DNA of 63,812 nucleotides, counting the filler, from Rhabdomonas costata (Eukaryota): NCBI GenBank assembly GCA_019059605.1. It is 24 parts of 24 records of this genome, joined end to end, with 100 filler letters (N's around TTAATTAATTAA, not from the genome) between each part and the next. Parts side by side here need not be neighbours in the genome. Positions count along the whole stretch, not along the records: positions 61,261 to 63,812 come from JAHMHO010002900.1; 23 more parts are not named here. The stretch is one strand, 5' to 3'. The notes beneath the pieces were generated by a model that had not been told where the DNA came from, did not search any database, and saw only the letters and a program-made list of their open reading frames with translations. A program made the position numbers and the translations under genes. Below, in pieces: positions 61,930 to 63,812 of the stretch. The first letter of the stretch is position 1, and every line of letters begins with the position of its first letter.

Positions 61930-63516
61930 GAATTCTCTCTCGGAAAGCTCCCCTGGAGTTCCCTGCAGCTATTTGAAAAGTTTTGCCTCAGCGTGAAGCT
62001 CCAGTGTGCAGCCTTCCTTCTGCTTCTCACACGTCTGTCTCACACGATTCTCTAGCCCCATGTGAACTCTTTTCCCTGGAATCCTCTTTGCCTCCTTCGC
62101 AGTCGCTCTTCTGTGGCGTGGCCCGTTGAGGCCTTGCTACCTTTCTCTCCACGCACAGAGACACACACAATCTCTCTCCGTTTCTCACAGTTGTGCATAC
62201 GCATCAACTTGTAGGATACATATGTCTGTGTGCAATTTGTGGGGGGAAAACAACATCAGAAGAAAAATGAGTCGTCCAATGATACACCTCCAAGCTGTCG
62301 ATGTGTGGTGGCATATGGCATATACCTTGCCTTCGCAGCCTGCAGGGGGAACACTTCCCGTCGTGTCCATGCTGTCAACTTGTGTCAGGTGAGCTTTCAG
62401 GAGTCATGGGCTGCTTTTTGTAGTCGCTTGGGCTGAGCAAGCTTGTTTGACGCCATGGCGGCGCAGCGTTTTTGGAGCCCACTGTTGACGACTTGGGGCT
62501 TTTCGCCAACACGCCAACACAATTTGGCGCAATTGAGGTTCCAAGTTCACAAGCCAAGTGAACTGCCGTCTAGATGCGACACTTGGCCAACTAGGCAGAA
62601 TGCATGCTTCACCGAATAATACCTTCGGGTGTTACCACACGGCAGACGGCGATGGAACCGGAAGTCTCCGAATAGATCCATTCGCGCAAAACAGTCTGAT
62701 TATTTCCCCACTCCGAGAACCCGAAGAAGTAAAAAGTAATCGTCGGCTTCCACCACACCGCACATAATTCAAATTTATTTGGATCTGCTCAAACAGATTC
62801 AAACCAGGTGTTTTAAACCTCTGGGCACTTCCACCCCGCTTGCAAGGGAACGCCCCTGTTGTTCTCGATAATTTCAGGTAGGAAAACTGAACATGCGTCG
62901 ATGTTTGAGAACATGTGGTGTCGGTGATTATGTCAGCGCGAAAAGGAGAATGTCAAGAGGAAAATCAAGAAAAGAGAAGACTTGGAGATGTTTCGTGGAG
63001 TTTTCGCTCAAACAAGCAATAACCTGCTCCTCTGCCTTGTGTGCCTCTCTTCCTAAAGTCAACGGATCTGCAAATCTTACACCTAAGCTTTGGACTTTAT
63101 CCAGCGGCACTTGTGCAATCCTCGGTGGGGGTCAGAAAAAGAAAGGGACAAAGAGTGTGTCCGACCTTCTCGGGGTCCCCTGGCCACACGTTCACTCACT
63201 ATGCCGTCTTAACGTGGTCTGACAGTGAGGATACACTGGAGACACACACTGAGGACTGTGGGCTCAGTAAGGGAGTTTTCTGCGATTCAGACTGGTTGGT
63301 GGAAAACACACTTTCAGGTTCAATAGCAAGGCCCCACCTCCTCACTGTCATGTGCCGTCTTCGACATCTTTCCCTTGTTCTCACCTTCGATGTGTCCCGT
63401 TGCCTGAGGGCGCACATGTCTGTCCCTTCCCCCACCATACGTTTGTCTTCAGCTTCTCTTACTTTTCTAAAATCATTTGCTTCTTGTTGTTTCTCGCGGA
63501 AAAGTATGGGCCTCAC
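61930..63516 (-). CDS. Possible multi-exon charged coiled-coil protein, unidentified
   Basis: Short E/K/R-rich open segments (FREKQQEANDFRKVREAEDKRM; LGREAHKAEEQ followed by GT); exon chain not resolved. Confidence 0.25.
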
Positions 63517-63812
63517 TACCTCTGAGTTGCGTCACGCCGCCTCCATGAACTCAATCGTGGTGTGCTAGCCGCGTGGCAAAGACTAAGACCAAGAGTTCTC
63601 CTGAAAGTTTCTCAGCCGTTGTGCATATTGTGATCGTTGACTCACACTAATGTCAAGAGCAATTTTTTTTTGCTCCGGAGCAATAGGTCATCCACTTGTC
63701 TGTTTCTTCCTCTCCAGTTCCATCCTTGCCCGTTTCTTTTACGCCCTGTTTATTTTTGTGCGATTGTGGTTTTCTGACGCCCCTTTACAGAACATCCACA
63801 ATCACACAAACA

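Overview
This is not contiguous DNA. It is 24 unrelated contigs of about 2.55 kb (one about 2.77 kb) joined by 23 artificial 100-nt N-TTAATTAATTAA-N linkers, so gene adjacency across linkers means nothing. The source is an intron-rich eukaryote, most likely a euglenid (Euglenozoa): it has a paraflagellar-rod-family gene, many spliceosomal GT-AG introns, a few GC-AG introns, and at least one apparent non-conventional stem-forming intron. Manual splicing recovers partial or complete genes for an alpha-kinase, a PFR-family protein, an MFS transporter, an LRR protein, an NCS-type EF-hand protein, MDP-1 phosphatase, a calcyphosin-like protein, a NUDT6-like Nudix hydrolase, a Ddl-like ATP-grasp/SET fusion, Cbf5/dyskerin, NIP7, SDA1, SAS6-like, an RTEL1/FANCJ-type helicase and large modular surface proteins. 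Mobile DNA includes a truncated Tc1/mariner transposase, a decayed Ty3/Gypsy pol and a non-LTR RT fragment. The most notable observations are the 453-nt non-GT-AG intron in MDP-1 with paired ends, three short hairpin elements next to GT/CA tracts, and the ATP-grasp/SET fusion. All family calls come from motif recognition by eye; no database search was run.
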